Assembly (NCBI GenBank): GCA_019057795.1
Contig: JAHLWS010000075.1
Coordinates: 32,001 to 96,000, forward strand
Source: Promethearchaeota archaeon
Lineage (GTDB): Archaea; Asgardarchaeota; Lokiarchaeia; Sigyniarchaeales; SOKP01
Length of the DNA: 64,000 nucleotides
Direction: 5' to 3'
Below are positions 20,353 through 30,127 of this stretch, piece by piece. Position 1 is the first letter of the stretch. Each line of letters starts with the position of its first letter. The notes under the pieces are model-generated. The model did no database searches. It saw only the letters and a list, made by a program, of their open reading frames with translations, and was not told the DNA's origin. Both the position numbers and the translations under genes were made by a program.

Positions 20353-20598
20353 ATCGTTGGACGAGAAAGAGGTTAAAGGTTGTACTTTTGATAAAACCTC
20401 TAAGAAAGTATTCATGTTGATTTAGGTCATCAATAAGTTATTTGTTTTCTTCCTTCATAATATAGCGAAACACGCAACGATTAGCTCCAGTATCGTGTCG
20501 AGATTCGAGATCCAGGAGTGAGGTATTTTTTACCAAGTTCCTTTTTTTGGTGAGGACATCACCCAAGTATTGAAAATCTAAGCCTTGGGTTTTTTTTT
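20353..20598 (+). ncRNA. Unassigned structured RNA candidate
   Basis: At least 5 stems in an ORF-free intergenic region that is less AT-rich than its flanks. TATA-like TTTTATAA at 20331; terminal hairpin followed by a T-run. Confidence 0.5.
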
Positions 20599-20718
20599 CT
20601 TTAAATCATCCAATTTCATCAAAAAATACAATTAATTTTTGTTAATAATTTAATAGAAGAAACAAAAGAATAATTATTTAATAGTTAATTATAAAAATAA
20701 TTAACTTTACTGATTAAA

Positions 20719-21882
20719 TTGCTGATTATGGAATATTGGGTTTTAGTGGAGGGTCTTTATAATACAACATTATCGGTGTTTTTTTTCGTTCTTATGAGTT
20801 TGATGTATTATATTGGGATTAAGGGATATAGGGCAAAAAACAAGTATGGGGGCACCTCGTCGATTCTTTGCGGAGTTTGTTTTTTAATTTTTGGATATTA
20901 TAACTCTGTTGTCGGATTTTTAGCATTCCCTTACAACGGGTTTATGGTGTGGTGGATTGGTATGACACTACTTTTTAATCTCTTATTTACAAGAATCATC
21001 AGAACGATTATAAATAAAATGAAGAGAGAGGAGAAAAACGAATTTAATAATAAGGAAGGTATAAATAAAGAAAAAACGATTTTAAGGAGATACATTAGAA
21101 GAATGACGAAAGAAGACCCTTATAGAGAAGAGATCCCGTTTAGGATGGAGTTATTCAGAAAAAGTTTTCATTTATCGGGATTCTTAATATTTTTAGCTTT
21201 TTTTGGTTTTATGGCAATCCCTCCAATAACTCTGCTGGTAAATGATAGCGTTATAACATTTATTAACCAAATTGGACCATCTTATGATTTATTATGGGGG
21301 GATATAGCCGATTTTCCGTATGGTTTTGGAGATTTTCGAGCTGTTGTGGAGATTACTATGTTCGCTTTAATTGCTGCTTTAGCCTTTACTATTGTATCTG
21401 ATATAATTCGAATCGTCTGGGGTCCAGAATACTCCTTCTTTAACTTCCTATCAAAGTCCTTATTGAGAAATAAAGAAAAAAATGCTGTCGGACCGCAAAT
21501 TTACATAATAACGGGATTTATTTTTGCTTATATGCTTTACATGGCGGGGCTAATTCATATTTTTGTGTTTTTTGCGGGAATATTTATAGCGTGCCTTTCA
21601 GATGCATCTGCTGCTTTAATTGGAAGGAGATTTGGAAAGCATAAGATTACGCTTAGAAATAAAGACGTTAAATCTGTTGAAGGTTTTATTGCTGGCGTAG
21701 CCGTCGCATATATTATTGGTTTTATATTTGTAGGACCAATTTATGCAATAATGGGAGCTCTCGTTTTCTTTCTAATTGATTATTTACCGTCAGTTACCGC
21801 GGATAATATATTAAATCCCATTTTTATTCCAATTGGGCTTCAACTTATGATATTCTTATTTGGATTACCTGTTGGTTGGTAA
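20719..21882 (+). CDS. Polytopic CTP-dependent kinase/cytidylyltransferase family protein (dolichol/phytol kinase-like)
   Basis: RKSFH and DASAALIGRRFGKHK...KSVEG motifs; many TMs. Confidence 0.8.
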   Translation: MLIMEYWVLVEGLYNTTLSVFFFVLMSLMYYIGIKGYRAKNKYGGTSSILCGVCFLIFGYYNSVVGFLAFPYNGFMVWWIGMTLLFNLLFTRIIRTIINKMKREEKNEFNNKEGINKEKTILRRYIRRMTKEDPYREEIPFRMELFRKSFHLSGFLIFLAFFGFMAIPPITLLVNDSVITFINQIGPSYDLLWGDIADFPYGFGDFRAVVEITMFALIAALAFTIVSDIIRIVWGPEYSFFNFLSKSLLRNKEKNAVGPQIYIITGFIFAYMLYMAGLIHIFVFFAGIFIACLSDASAALIGRRFGKHKITLRNKDVKSVEGFIAGVAVAYIIGFIFVGPIYAIMGALVFFLIDYLPSVTADNILNPIFIPIGLQLMIFLFGLPVGW

Positions 21883-21928
21883 TAGAAAGGTAAAGCATAT
21901 AAAAAAAATAATCTTATTAAATTTATCC

Positions 21929-22774
21929 ATGCGAGAATTAGTTGACGAATTAAAAGATATCGAACTAGCGATTTTTGACTTAGACGGAGTCATTTACCGA
22001 GGAGATCTATTAATTTCTAATAGCGACAAAGTGATACAAGAATTAAAAGACATTTCAATTAAAGTTGTATATAATTCCAATAATTCTACTGTTACAAGAC
22101 AGATGTATGTCGGGCGTTTAAAGGGTTTAAATATTATAAGTAAAGCGTCTGATTTTTATACTAGCGCTTCGATTACATCGGAAGAAATTACAAATCTAAA
22201 GCAAAATGCAACTATTTTTGTCATCGGTGAAATTGGTTTAAAGGAAGAATTAACAGCAAAAGGTCATAACATTGTCAACCCTTCTTCAAACTATGAAAAG
22301 GTTGATTTTGTCATCGTGGGTTTAGATAGAGAATTCAACTACAAAAAGCTAGTGTTCGCTCAGGATTGTATTTTACAAGGTAAGGCTCAATTCTACGCTA
22401 CAAATTCCGATTCAACATTACCTGCTGCGAGTGGATTACTTCCTGGAGCAGGAGTGATGGTGAACGCAGTAGAAACATGTACTAACAAAAAACCTCTAAA
22501 AATTTTTGGTAAACCCAATCCTTACGGGATTCAAATGATATTAAACCATACGAAGGTATCACCGGATAAATCAGTGATATTCGGGGACCGTTTAAATACA
22601 GACATTTTAGCGGGAAATCGAGCCAGAATTAATACTGTACTCGTATTAACAGGGGTCACGACTGAACTTGAGGTTAAAAAAATTCAAGAAAAAGCTATTC
22701 GCTCTCAAGTTATTGATAAGAATTTAATTCCTAATTTAGTTATAAAATCCCTTTTAGGAATTTTTAAAAAATGA
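21929..22774 (+). CDS. HAD-IIA (NagD-like) phosphatase
   Basis: FDLDGVIY, SNNS, GKP and GDRLNTDI motifs. Likely start is the ATG at 21929. Confidence 0.92.
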   Translation: MRELVDELKDIELAIFDLDGVIYRGDLLISNSDKVIQELKDISIKVVYNSNNSTVTRQMYVGRLKGLNIISKASDFYTSASITSEEITNLKQNATIFVIGEIGLKEELTAKGHNIVNPSSNYEKVDFVIVGLDREFNYKKLVFAQDCILQGKAQFYATNSDSTLPAASGLLPGAGVMVNAVETCTNKKPLKIFGKPNPYGIQMILNHTKVSPDKSVIFGDRLNTDILAGNRARINTVLVLTGVTTELEVKKIQEKAIRSQVIDKNLIPNLVIKSLLGIFKK

Positions 22775-22779
22775 GTAGA

Positions 22780-23322
22780 CTAAATTATACCCGCTCTGTG
22801 CATCATTAATTTAGTAATTTCATAAAAAATATCTTCCACATTTCTTCCGTCCTTAGCAGAACATTCAATGTATCCGAAAAGGTTATTCATTTTAGCCATA
22901 TCAAAAGCTTCTTTGCTAGAAACGGCTCGCTTATAGTTTAAGTCTAATTTACTCCCCACCATAATTATAGGTAACTGTTTATCTTGAGCTCCAATGAATC
23001 CTTTTTTAAAAATTTCCATCCAATCGGGAAAATTTTTCAAACTGCTAAATCTTGTGATATCATACAGAAATATTCCACCAGAAGCTCCAATTACATAACT
23101 TGGTAAAAGAAATCTGAAGCGAGTCTTGCCAGCAAAATCCCATATCTGAAGAGATATCTTCTTGCCGTCTACTTCTAACTTTTTGACATGAAAATCAACT
23201 CCAATTGTGATCGTCTGAGCGGATTTAAACACTCCGGTAAGATATCTACCTATTAAAGTAGTTTTTCCAACTCCACCATCTCCAAAAAGACAAATTTTAA
23301 ACATTAAATCGCTTTCAACCAT
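22780..23322 (-). CDS. Rab-like small GTPase
   Basis: GDGGVGKT, TIGVDF, WDFAG, SKLD and CSAK motifs. Confidence 0.93.
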   Translation of the reverse strand: MVESDLMFKICLFGDGGVGKTTLIGRYLTGVFKSAQTITIGVDFHVKKLEVDGKKISLQIWDFAGKTRFRFLLPSYVIGASGGIFLYDITRFSSLKNFPDWMEIFKKGFIGAQDKQLPIIMVGSKLDLNYKRAVSSKEAFDMAKMNNLFGYIECSAKDGRNVEDIFYEITKLMMHRAGII

Positions 23323-23611
23323 TCTTCCCCGCACACTCGCCTGATTTTGGTCGTTTTAATACATGCTTATGGTAAAAATAAACAAAATTTACCATCTATT
23401 TTATTTTTACCGTTTTTTAAAAGTTAAAAGTTTAAATTATTATAATAATAAAAGTTTCTTTTTAAAAATTATTTGTTTCCGATACATATTTTACTATAAT
23501 AAAAAGATTTATTGCTTTTTGATTTTTGTTTTCTGTTTCTGTAATGACAGCTTTTTTCAATTAAAAGTTATATTTTAATTTTATAGTTAATTTTTAAATA
23601 TAGGGGATATA

Positions 23612-24775
23612 ATGTCAACGAAAATAAGCATTGTAAACATAAACGATTACGAAAGCATCCCAGATGCTATAGTAGCAGCTATAAGGATGATTGAAGAAGA
23701 TTTTCATTTCGACATTCTTAATTGTAAGAACATTCTATTAAAACCCAACCTATTGAGAGCGACTAAAGATGCTTGTACTCAGCCTATTTTCGTAGAAGGC
23801 GTGATAAAATATCTAAAAGAAATTGGAGTGGCAATGGAGAATGTTAGTATAGGAGATTCTCCCGGACAAATAAAAATTTCTGCCGAACAAATTGCTAAAA
23901 AAATAAGTTTACTTGAGGTTTGTGAAAAAGCAAGCATAAAATTCATTAACTTTGAGCGTGATACCCCCGTTCATCATGTTATCGAAGGAGCATTAAGATT
24001 AAAAGATTATTACGTATCTAATCCTGTAAATGAATGTGACCTATTAATAAATTTACCTAAGTTAAAAACTCACGGAGAAGCCACCATAACTGGAGCTATA
24101 AAAAATTATTGGGGGATAATTCCAGGAGGGTTAAAAGCAAAATATCATCTATTAGGTAGAAATCCAGAGCAATTTGGGGAAGCTTTAGCAGACAATTTTT
24201 CTTGGGTTGTCAAAAACAAACCGAATCGTTTGATTGTATACGATTTAATTCGCGTTATGCAAGGAACAATGGGTCCTGTGTCAGGAACTATGAAGAAATG
24301 GGATTTAATTTTAGTTGGGACAGATGAGTTAGCGTTAGATGTTATAGCACTAGAAATAGGAAAATTCAAAGGGCTTAAACACGTTCCTCATCTGAAAAAT
24401 ACATTTGAACGGAGGTTAGGTGAAGGAGATCTTGATAAAATTGAAATTGTAGGATTATCATTAGAAGAGGCTAGAATTTTAGCTCTAAAATTTAAAGTCC
24501 CTGGAAGAACTATGACGCGATTCGCAAGTTTTATCACTAGGAGCATAGTTTACAAGGTAACTAAAAAAATTCCTATTTTAAAGAAAGAAATATGCGTAAA
24601 ATGTGGTCAATGTTTCGAAGTGTGCCCCATAAACGCTATAGATTTTAAAATTGGAGAGTATCCCAAGTATTTAAGAAAAGTATGTATCTCATGTCTTTGT
24701 TGTATGGAAATGTGTCCTCAACAAGCAATTGAAATTAAACTTCGAGGATTTGGTGGACTATTTCATTCGTATTAA
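23612..24775 (+). CDS. DUF362 domain protein with a 2x[4Fe-4S] ferredoxin domain
   Basis: LLKPNL, INLPKLKTH, GAIKN and two CxxCxxCxxxCP motifs. Confidence 0.9.
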   Translation: MSTKISIVNINDYESIPDAIVAAIRMIEEDFHFDILNCKNILLKPNLLRATKDACTQPIFVEGVIKYLKEIGVAMENVSIGDSPGQIKISAEQIAKKISLLEVCEKASIKFINFERDTPVHHVIEGALRLKDYYVSNPVNECDLLINLPKLKTHGEATITGAIKNYWGIIPGGLKAKYHLLGRNPEQFGEALADNFSWVVKNKPNRLIVYDLIRVMQGTMGPVSGTMKKWDLILVGTDELALDVIALEIGKFKGLKHVPHLKNTFERRLGEGDLDKIEIVGLSLEEARILALKFKVPGRTMTRFASFITRSIVYKVTKKIPILKKEICVKCGQCFEVCPINAIDFKIGEYPKYLRKVCISCLCCMEMCPQQAIEIKLRGFGGLFHSY

Positions 24776-26202
24776 TTGTTTTCTTTATTATAAAGATCAG
24801 CGTAATTTTTTAGAAATAAATAATTTGAAAGTCTCGTATTTTTTATCGACTTTACTTGAACGAATTCGTTTGGGGCGTGAGCAAAACCTCCAATGCCTAA
24901 ACCACCAACGACAAAATCTATCGCTAATTCCTTCTGTATCTTGCTTAATGGAGCAGCAGCAGCACTAATTGGCCAAATATGGGTTGATATGCCTAACATA
25001 TCAAAGCTTTTTATAAGGCTCTTTACTAAAATTGAATCGAGTTTAACTTTAGAGCGCTCGTAACCAATATTTTTAATTAATTCAATTTTAGATTTTGAAT
25101 ATCTTGCTAAATCAGTTACCTTTTTTCTAATTTCTTTATATATATCGTTAGTAGAGATGTTGTGGGCAAATCTTATATCGATGTTACATTTAGCGTTGTT
25201 TGCAACCATGTTTTTTACCCCATTTTCTAAGTAACCCGATTTTAGGGTGGAAATATTAAAAGTTGGATTGAATAAGTAGTTAACAAAAGATTTTTTTGTA
25301 TCATCTTCTAATGTTTGCGTAATTCCGGCTTTATTTTTAATATTCTCAAGATCAATTTTTTTCATTAAATCTTTAATCATGGATTGCTCGTCAGAGGTCA
25401 TATTGTAGGGATTACGTAAAGAATTAATTTGAAATTTGTCTTTTGAATAAATAGTACTAAGTAAAGAAATCAAATCAAGCGCAGGATTAGGTACCATCGA
25501 ACTAAAAGCAGAATGTGTTTCCTCATTTGTAGATGTGATTTTTACGGTTAGCGACAAAATACCTTTGTAACCAAGCTTTAGAACAGAATTGCCGTTTAAA
25601 TCTTGCTTCATTGAAGGATAATACGCACCTAAACAAGAGTTAAACAAACTTTTTCTGTTTTCAAGTAATTTTAACAAAGTAGGTGAGCCTAATTCTTCCT
25701 CCCCATCGAATAGTAATAGTAGAGAAATTGGAAGCTTTTTCTCTTCTTTCAATATTTTTACTACATTTAGGAAGCATAACAAAGGAGTCTTTGAATTATA
25801 AGCACCTCTTGCAATTACGCAATTACCTAATCTATCCAAGGGTTTGGGTAATTGCGTTACTTCAGCACCAAAAGGATTGCTAATCCATTTATTTTCTTTG
25901 TTAACTGGTTGCGTATCGTACATCATGTAAATTAATAAAGAATCCTTGATCTTTCCTTTGACCTTAGCTAACAATAAAGGATTTATTTCCCCTTCGATCT
26001 CTTTAATATCTTCGCAATAATCAGAAATATATGAAATAATAAAATCTTTTGCTTCTATTGTTGCTTCTTTATTTAAAGTAAAACTCGAAATTTTTAGAAA
26101 TTTCTTTAAATCTTCTTCAATAAACTTTTTGTTAGTATTACGGATTATTTCCTCGATTTTAGAGCTTTGATTATTCATATATATTAAAATTTTAAGTCTC
26201 AT
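24772..26202 (-). CDS. M20/M25/M40 family metallohydrolase with atypical metal ligands
   Basis: MYDTQP, RGAYNSK, GEEELGS, LGYKG and HAPNE motifs. Confidence 0.85.
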   Translation of the reverse strand: MRLKILIYMNNQSSKIEEIIRNTNKKFIEEDLKKFLKISSFTLNKEATIEAKDFIISYISDYCEDIKEIEGEINPLLLAKVKGKIKDSLLIYMMYDTQPVNKENKWISNPFGAEVTQLPKPLDRLGNCVIARGAYNSKTPLLCFLNVVKILKEEKKLPISLLLLFDGEEELGSPTLLKLLENRKSLFNSCLGAYYPSMKQDLNGNSVLKLGYKGILSLTVKITSTNEETHSAFSSMVPNPALDLISLLSTIYSKDKFQINSLRNPYNMTSDEQSMIKDLMKKIDLENIKNKAGITQTLEDDTKKSFVNYLFNPTFNISTLKSGYLENGVKNMVANNAKCNIDIRFAHNISTNDIYKEIRKKVTDLARYSKSKIELIKNIGYERSKVKLDSILVKSLIKSFDMLGISTHIWPISAAAAPLSKIQKELAIDFVVGGLGIGGFAHAPNEFVQVKSIKNTRLSNYLFLKNYADLYNKENN

Positions 26203-26225
26203 TAATATAAATTATTTATTGAAAA

Positions 26226-26630
26226 TTGAGTATTATTATAACGATGAATGAGATAGAACTTCCAAAACCTCAAAGAATTGAAAAATTAAACCAGATCTTG
26301 CATGATTTAAAGAATAAAGGCAAGTTACTAGGTGTTTTATTCGCACATCGCAACGGTGGACTTATCGCTAAAGATTTTAAAGAAGACATAGATTTTAATA
26401 ACTTCACATCGATGTGTGCTTCGGTCTTAGAAAGTGCTACAGGTCTTGGTCGTACAATGGGAGATAGAAAAGTAAATAAAATTATTGCGGAGTTAGAAGG
26501 ACAGACAATTGTTATTATTGAATGCGACGAGAAAACATTTTTAGTCTTTGATATTAATCACGAATCCAATTTTAACATAATATTAGAAAAAATAGAATTG
26601 TATATTCGGAAAATAATTTTTCTCTATTAA
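26226..26630 (+). CDS. Roadblock/LC7-like domain protein
   Basis: GVLFAHRNGGLIA...FTSMCASVL pattern; ~125 aa. Confidence 0.75.
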   Translation: MSIIITMNEIELPKPQRIEKLNQILHDLKNKGKLLGVLFAHRNGGLIAKDFKEDIDFNNFTSMCASVLESATGLGRTMGDRKVNKIIAELEGQTIVIIECDEKTFLVFDINHESNFNIILEKIELYIRKIIFLY

Positions 26631-26667
26631 AAATGGAAATTTGAAAATAACTAATAGAGATTAACGT

Positions 26668-27930
26668 TTATCTTCGATTATCTATTAGTTTTAAGTAATC
26701 AAGGCAGATTTGTACAATTTGTCCTAAAGCTTCTTTTTCTATTACTGCTGGCGTATCCTTTCTTGTATGATAGTAGGGCACTAATTCTTCTTTTAAATTT
26801 AAACCCCCAATGGTAGTAGCGGGAATATTTTTCTTACTAAAGGCTGCTGCGTCAGTTGCACCAAAAGGTAATGGCATTAATTTTACTTTTAAATTCACTT
26901 TTTTGGCTATTTCTAAAAGAGGTTTAAATACATCGGAATTGTGTTTAGCGCCTATTCCCGGTTCTCTATCATGTATTACGATGATATTTTTTTTAGCAAT
27001 GCTATCCATGTTCACAACAGTCGTTCCACTTGATAGTAATTCGTTATAATGCTTTTTTACACATCGTTTTGCGCCTCTTAAGCCTGATTCTTCACCAGCA
27101 AACGAGATTAATCGAATCCTTGTGTGTTTTGGGAATATCTCGCTGTTATCCTTGTTTTCAGATAAATATTTTCCAATCCCTAACACTATAGCAACTCCGG
27201 ATAAATTATCGAACGCACCGAGGACAGGCTTTGAGCTGTGGAAAAAAACATAAACTAGTATAATTGGAACGAAAAATATAAAGATAATGCCAAAAACTAA
27301 AAAGAGAATTGGTAGATCAATTGATAAAAGGAAAAATACTAATTTTAAAATTATCGCAATGAACACTATTCCAACAGCTAAATATCCAATATTTATTATA
27401 ATTTGGCCAAACCGCTTCAAATAGTAGAAAGTGTTAAATTCAAAGGCAGAATCGTGATGTGCAGAAAAGATTATTGTATTTTTCACTTCGTTTTTTGGAT
27501 TGATTGTCCCTATAACATTTTGTGATTCCCGTTTAGGAAAGAGAAAATCAAAGATTTCGTGGTATTTCATCACTTCTAAAATGAAATAACTAATCGTTAC
27601 CACGATAAGAATTATTGCAATTAATAAGAAGATCATATTTATGGATGCATTTAACGAAATTACATTAATATCTATTAACAACGTTAACCAATAAAAAACT
27701 CCAGCAATAAAAACCATTATTGCACCGTATTTAATGCCTCCAAGAAAGGCGTGAGGGCTACTAATATATGATTCTTGATGTGTTTCGTCGCAAAAGTTTT
27801 TCAATTCAGATTCTACTCTATTACCTGCTAAGATTTCTTGTTCTGTCCCTGATTCTCGGGGTCCTACCTCGTTACAAATATCTTCTATAAATTTATACAT
27901 GTAATTATTATCAATCATTTTTATCAACAA
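26668..27930 (-). CDS. Membrane-embedded M28 family peptidase
   Basis: SAHHDS, GAFDNLSG, GEESGLRG, NMD and YHTRKD motifs; 4 TMs. Confidence 0.9.
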   Translation of the reverse strand: MLIKMIDNNYMYKFIEDICNEVGPRESGTEQEILAGNRVESELKNFCDETHQESYISSPHAFLGGIKYGAIMVFIAGVFYWLTLLIDINVISLNASINMIFLLIAIILIVVTISYFILEVMKYHEIFDFLFPKRESQNVIGTINPKNEVKNTIIFSAHHDSAFEFNTFYYLKRFGQIIINIGYLAVGIVFIAIILKLVFFLLSIDLPILFLVFGIIFIFFVPIILVYVFFHSSKPVLGAFDNLSGVAIVLGIGKYLSENKDNSEIFPKHTRIRLISFAGEESGLRGAKRCVKKHYNELLSSGTTVVNMDSIAKKNIIVIHDREPGIGAKHNSDVFKPLLEIAKKVNLKVKLMPLPFGATDAAAFSKKNIPATTIGGLNLKEELVPYYHTRKDTPAVIEKEALGQIVQICLDYLKLIDNRR

Positions 27931-28064
27931 ATTATTTTTAAAACATCCGTATTAAGTTAAAAATCAAAATATTAAATAAAAATTCGTTATGTTAAGTAAT
28001 AAATCTTTAATTATTAGAAATTTTGATTAATAAAATTAAAAATTAATTGTGAAAGTTGCTATAG

Positions 28065-30107
28065 ATGATGGATAAATTAAACATTAGAAAGGGTATGACA
28101 GACGATGAGATTGATATTTTGGCCAATAAAGCATTAGAAATGATGACCTTAAAAGAAAAGGTTGATATAATGTCGGGGAAACATTTTTTTATGATGTTGC
28201 TAAAAGATCGAAAATTCGGTGTGCGTTCTTATCCAGGTGGGGGCGTTAAACGATTAGGTATACCTCCATTCTTATTTACGGATGGTCCGCGGGGAGTAAT
28301 TATGCCTGGCTCTACTTGTTTCCCTGTATCCATGGCTCGAGGGGGCTCGTGGGACGTTAAACTCGAAGAAGAGGTGGGTGAAGTTATCGGTAAAGAAGTA
28401 CGTGCTCACGGAGGAAATCTTTTTGGAGGTGTATGTGTAAACCTTTTGCGACATCCAGCGTGGGGTCGAGCTCAAGAAACTTACGGCGAAGATCCCTTTC
28501 ATGTTGGTGAATTTGGGGCTGCTTTATTACGAGGAGTGCAAAAACATAATGTTATGGCCACAGTTAAACATTATGTTGCTAATAGCATAGAACATTCGCG
28601 ATTTAAAGTTGATGTACAATTAGACGAGCGAACATTGCGAGAAGTCTATCTCCCTCATTTTAAGCGTTGTATCGAGGAAAATTGTGCTACAGTTATGACA
28701 GCGTATAACAAAGTTCTCGGCGAGTACTGTGGTCATAATGCTCCCTTATTAAGAGATATACTAAAAGGTGAATGGGGGTTTGAAGGTTTTGTGCATTCTG
28801 ATTGGATGAATGGGGTTCACGATACCATTGGTGGGGTCATGGGAGGCTTAGATGTTGAAATGCCCCGTGCAAAATATTACGGAAGAAAACTAGAAAAAGC
28901 AGTGAAACAAGGAAAAGTTCCTTTAAAGTTAATAGAAGATTCCGCAAAGCGAATAATCCGCACAGTGTTAAGATTTACTACTAAAGAAGACTCTCAGAAT
29001 TACGATCCTACTTTAATCGGTTGTGATGAACATGTTCATTTAGCTCGCAAAGTTGCCGAGAAGAGCATGGTCTTGCTTAAAAATCAAGGTAAAATTTTAC
29101 CTTTTACTTCTAAAGAAGTTGAAACTTTAGCAGTAATTGGTCAATTAGCCGATTTAAAAAATACGGGTGATCATGGAAGCAGTCACGTGCGCCAAAATAA
29201 TATTGTTACGCCTTTACACGGTTTAGAAAATAAATTCGGTGATAAAGTAAAAATAATACATAACGATGGTAGCGATCTTGAAGTTGCTCAACAGATTGCT
29301 CAAAGCGTAGATGCGGTAGTTTTAATGGTTGGTTACACATATAAGGATGAGGGAGAATATATTCCACATATTTCAAAGGGATTAGGAGATCGCATTAACC
29401 TTGGTTTGAGAGAGAATGAAATTAAATTAATTAATGCCGTATCAAAAGTAAATCAAAAATGTGTAGTTGTCCTTATTGGAGGAAGCGCTATTCTCATGGA
29501 AGAATGGAGAACAAGAGTCCCCGCTATTTTAATGGCTTGGTATTCAGGTATGGAAGGAGGTAACGCTTTAGCTGACATTCTTTTTGGAGTAATTAACCCA
29601 AGCGGAAAATTACCCCTTACAATCCCTACAGATCCCACACATTTACCATTCTTTGACATATATGTTGATGAGATTGAATACGGTTACTATCACGGATATA
29701 CTTTGATGGAAAAGGAAAGTATTGAACCCACATTCCCTTTTGGATTTGGGTTGAGTTATACTGAATATAGATATAAAAACATCCGAGTAGAATCAACCGA
29801 AGAGAAAATTATTGTTAGTGTGGAAATTTCGAATATTGGAGTTATTGCCGGTGAAGAGATTGTACAGTTATATGTAGGTTTTGAGAATTCTAGCGTTGAT
29901 CGTCCCTTAAAACTGTTACGTGGATTTAAGAGAGTCGCTTTAAAACCTAAAGAAACAAAGACTGTATCCATTGATGTGAGGAAAAAAGATTTTGCATGGT
30001 ATAATCCTGATAATAGAGTATGGGAGGTCGAGAGTATCGAATATACTATTTACATTGGAGCTTCATCAAAAAATGAAGATTTACTCACTATACAGATTTC
30101 TTTATAA
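28065..30107 (+). CDS. Glycoside hydrolase family 3 (beta-glucosidase)
   Basis: DGPRG, WGRAQETYGEDP, VKHY and SDW motifs; Fn3-like C-terminus. Confidence 0.95.
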   Translation: MMDKLNIRKGMTDDEIDILANKALEMMTLKEKVDIMSGKHFFMMLLKDRKFGVRSYPGGGVKRLGIPPFLFTDGPRGVIMPGSTCFPVSMARGGSWDVKLEEEVGEVIGKEVRAHGGNLFGGVCVNLLRHPAWGRAQETYGEDPFHVGEFGAALLRGVQKHNVMATVKHYVANSIEHSRFKVDVQLDERTLREVYLPHFKRCIEENCATVMTAYNKVLGEYCGHNAPLLRDILKGEWGFEGFVHSDWMNGVHDTIGGVMGGLDVEMPRAKYYGRKLEKAVKQGKVPLKLIEDSAKRIIRTVLRFTTKEDSQNYDPTLIGCDEHVHLARKVAEKSMVLLKNQGKILPFTSKEVETLAVIGQLADLKNTGDHGSSHVRQNNIVTPLHGLENKFGDKVKIIHNDGSDLEVAQQIAQSVDAVVLMVGYTYKDEGEYIPHISKGLGDRINLGLRENEIKLINAVSKVNQKCVVVLIGGSAILMEEWRTRVPAILMAWYSGMEGGNALADILFGVINPSGKLPLTIPTDPTHLPFFDIYVDEIEYGYYHGYTLMEKESIEPTFPFGFGLSYTEYRYKNIRVESTEEKIIVSVEISNIGVIAGEEIVQLYVGFENSSVDRPLKLLRGFKRVALKPKETKTVSIDVRKKDFAWYNPDNRVWEVESIEYTIYIGASSKNEDLLTIQISL

Positions 30108-30127
30108 AATACTCAATTAATTTTAAA

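Noticed and set aside
20495-20520. tRNA T-loop-like GATTCGAGATCC
   Set aside because: There is no cloverleaf, D-arm or acceptor stem, and no proper GTTCRA.
20353-20598. SRP RNA, RNase P RNA or hammerhead identity
   Set aside because: I found no SRP helix-8 motif, no GAGGAAAGUCC-type core with its 3' partner, and no CUGANGA core.
23363-23578. 71-aa ORF (likewise 37328-37531 and 34142-34330)
   Set aside because: These are low-complexity translations of AT-rich intergenic DNA.
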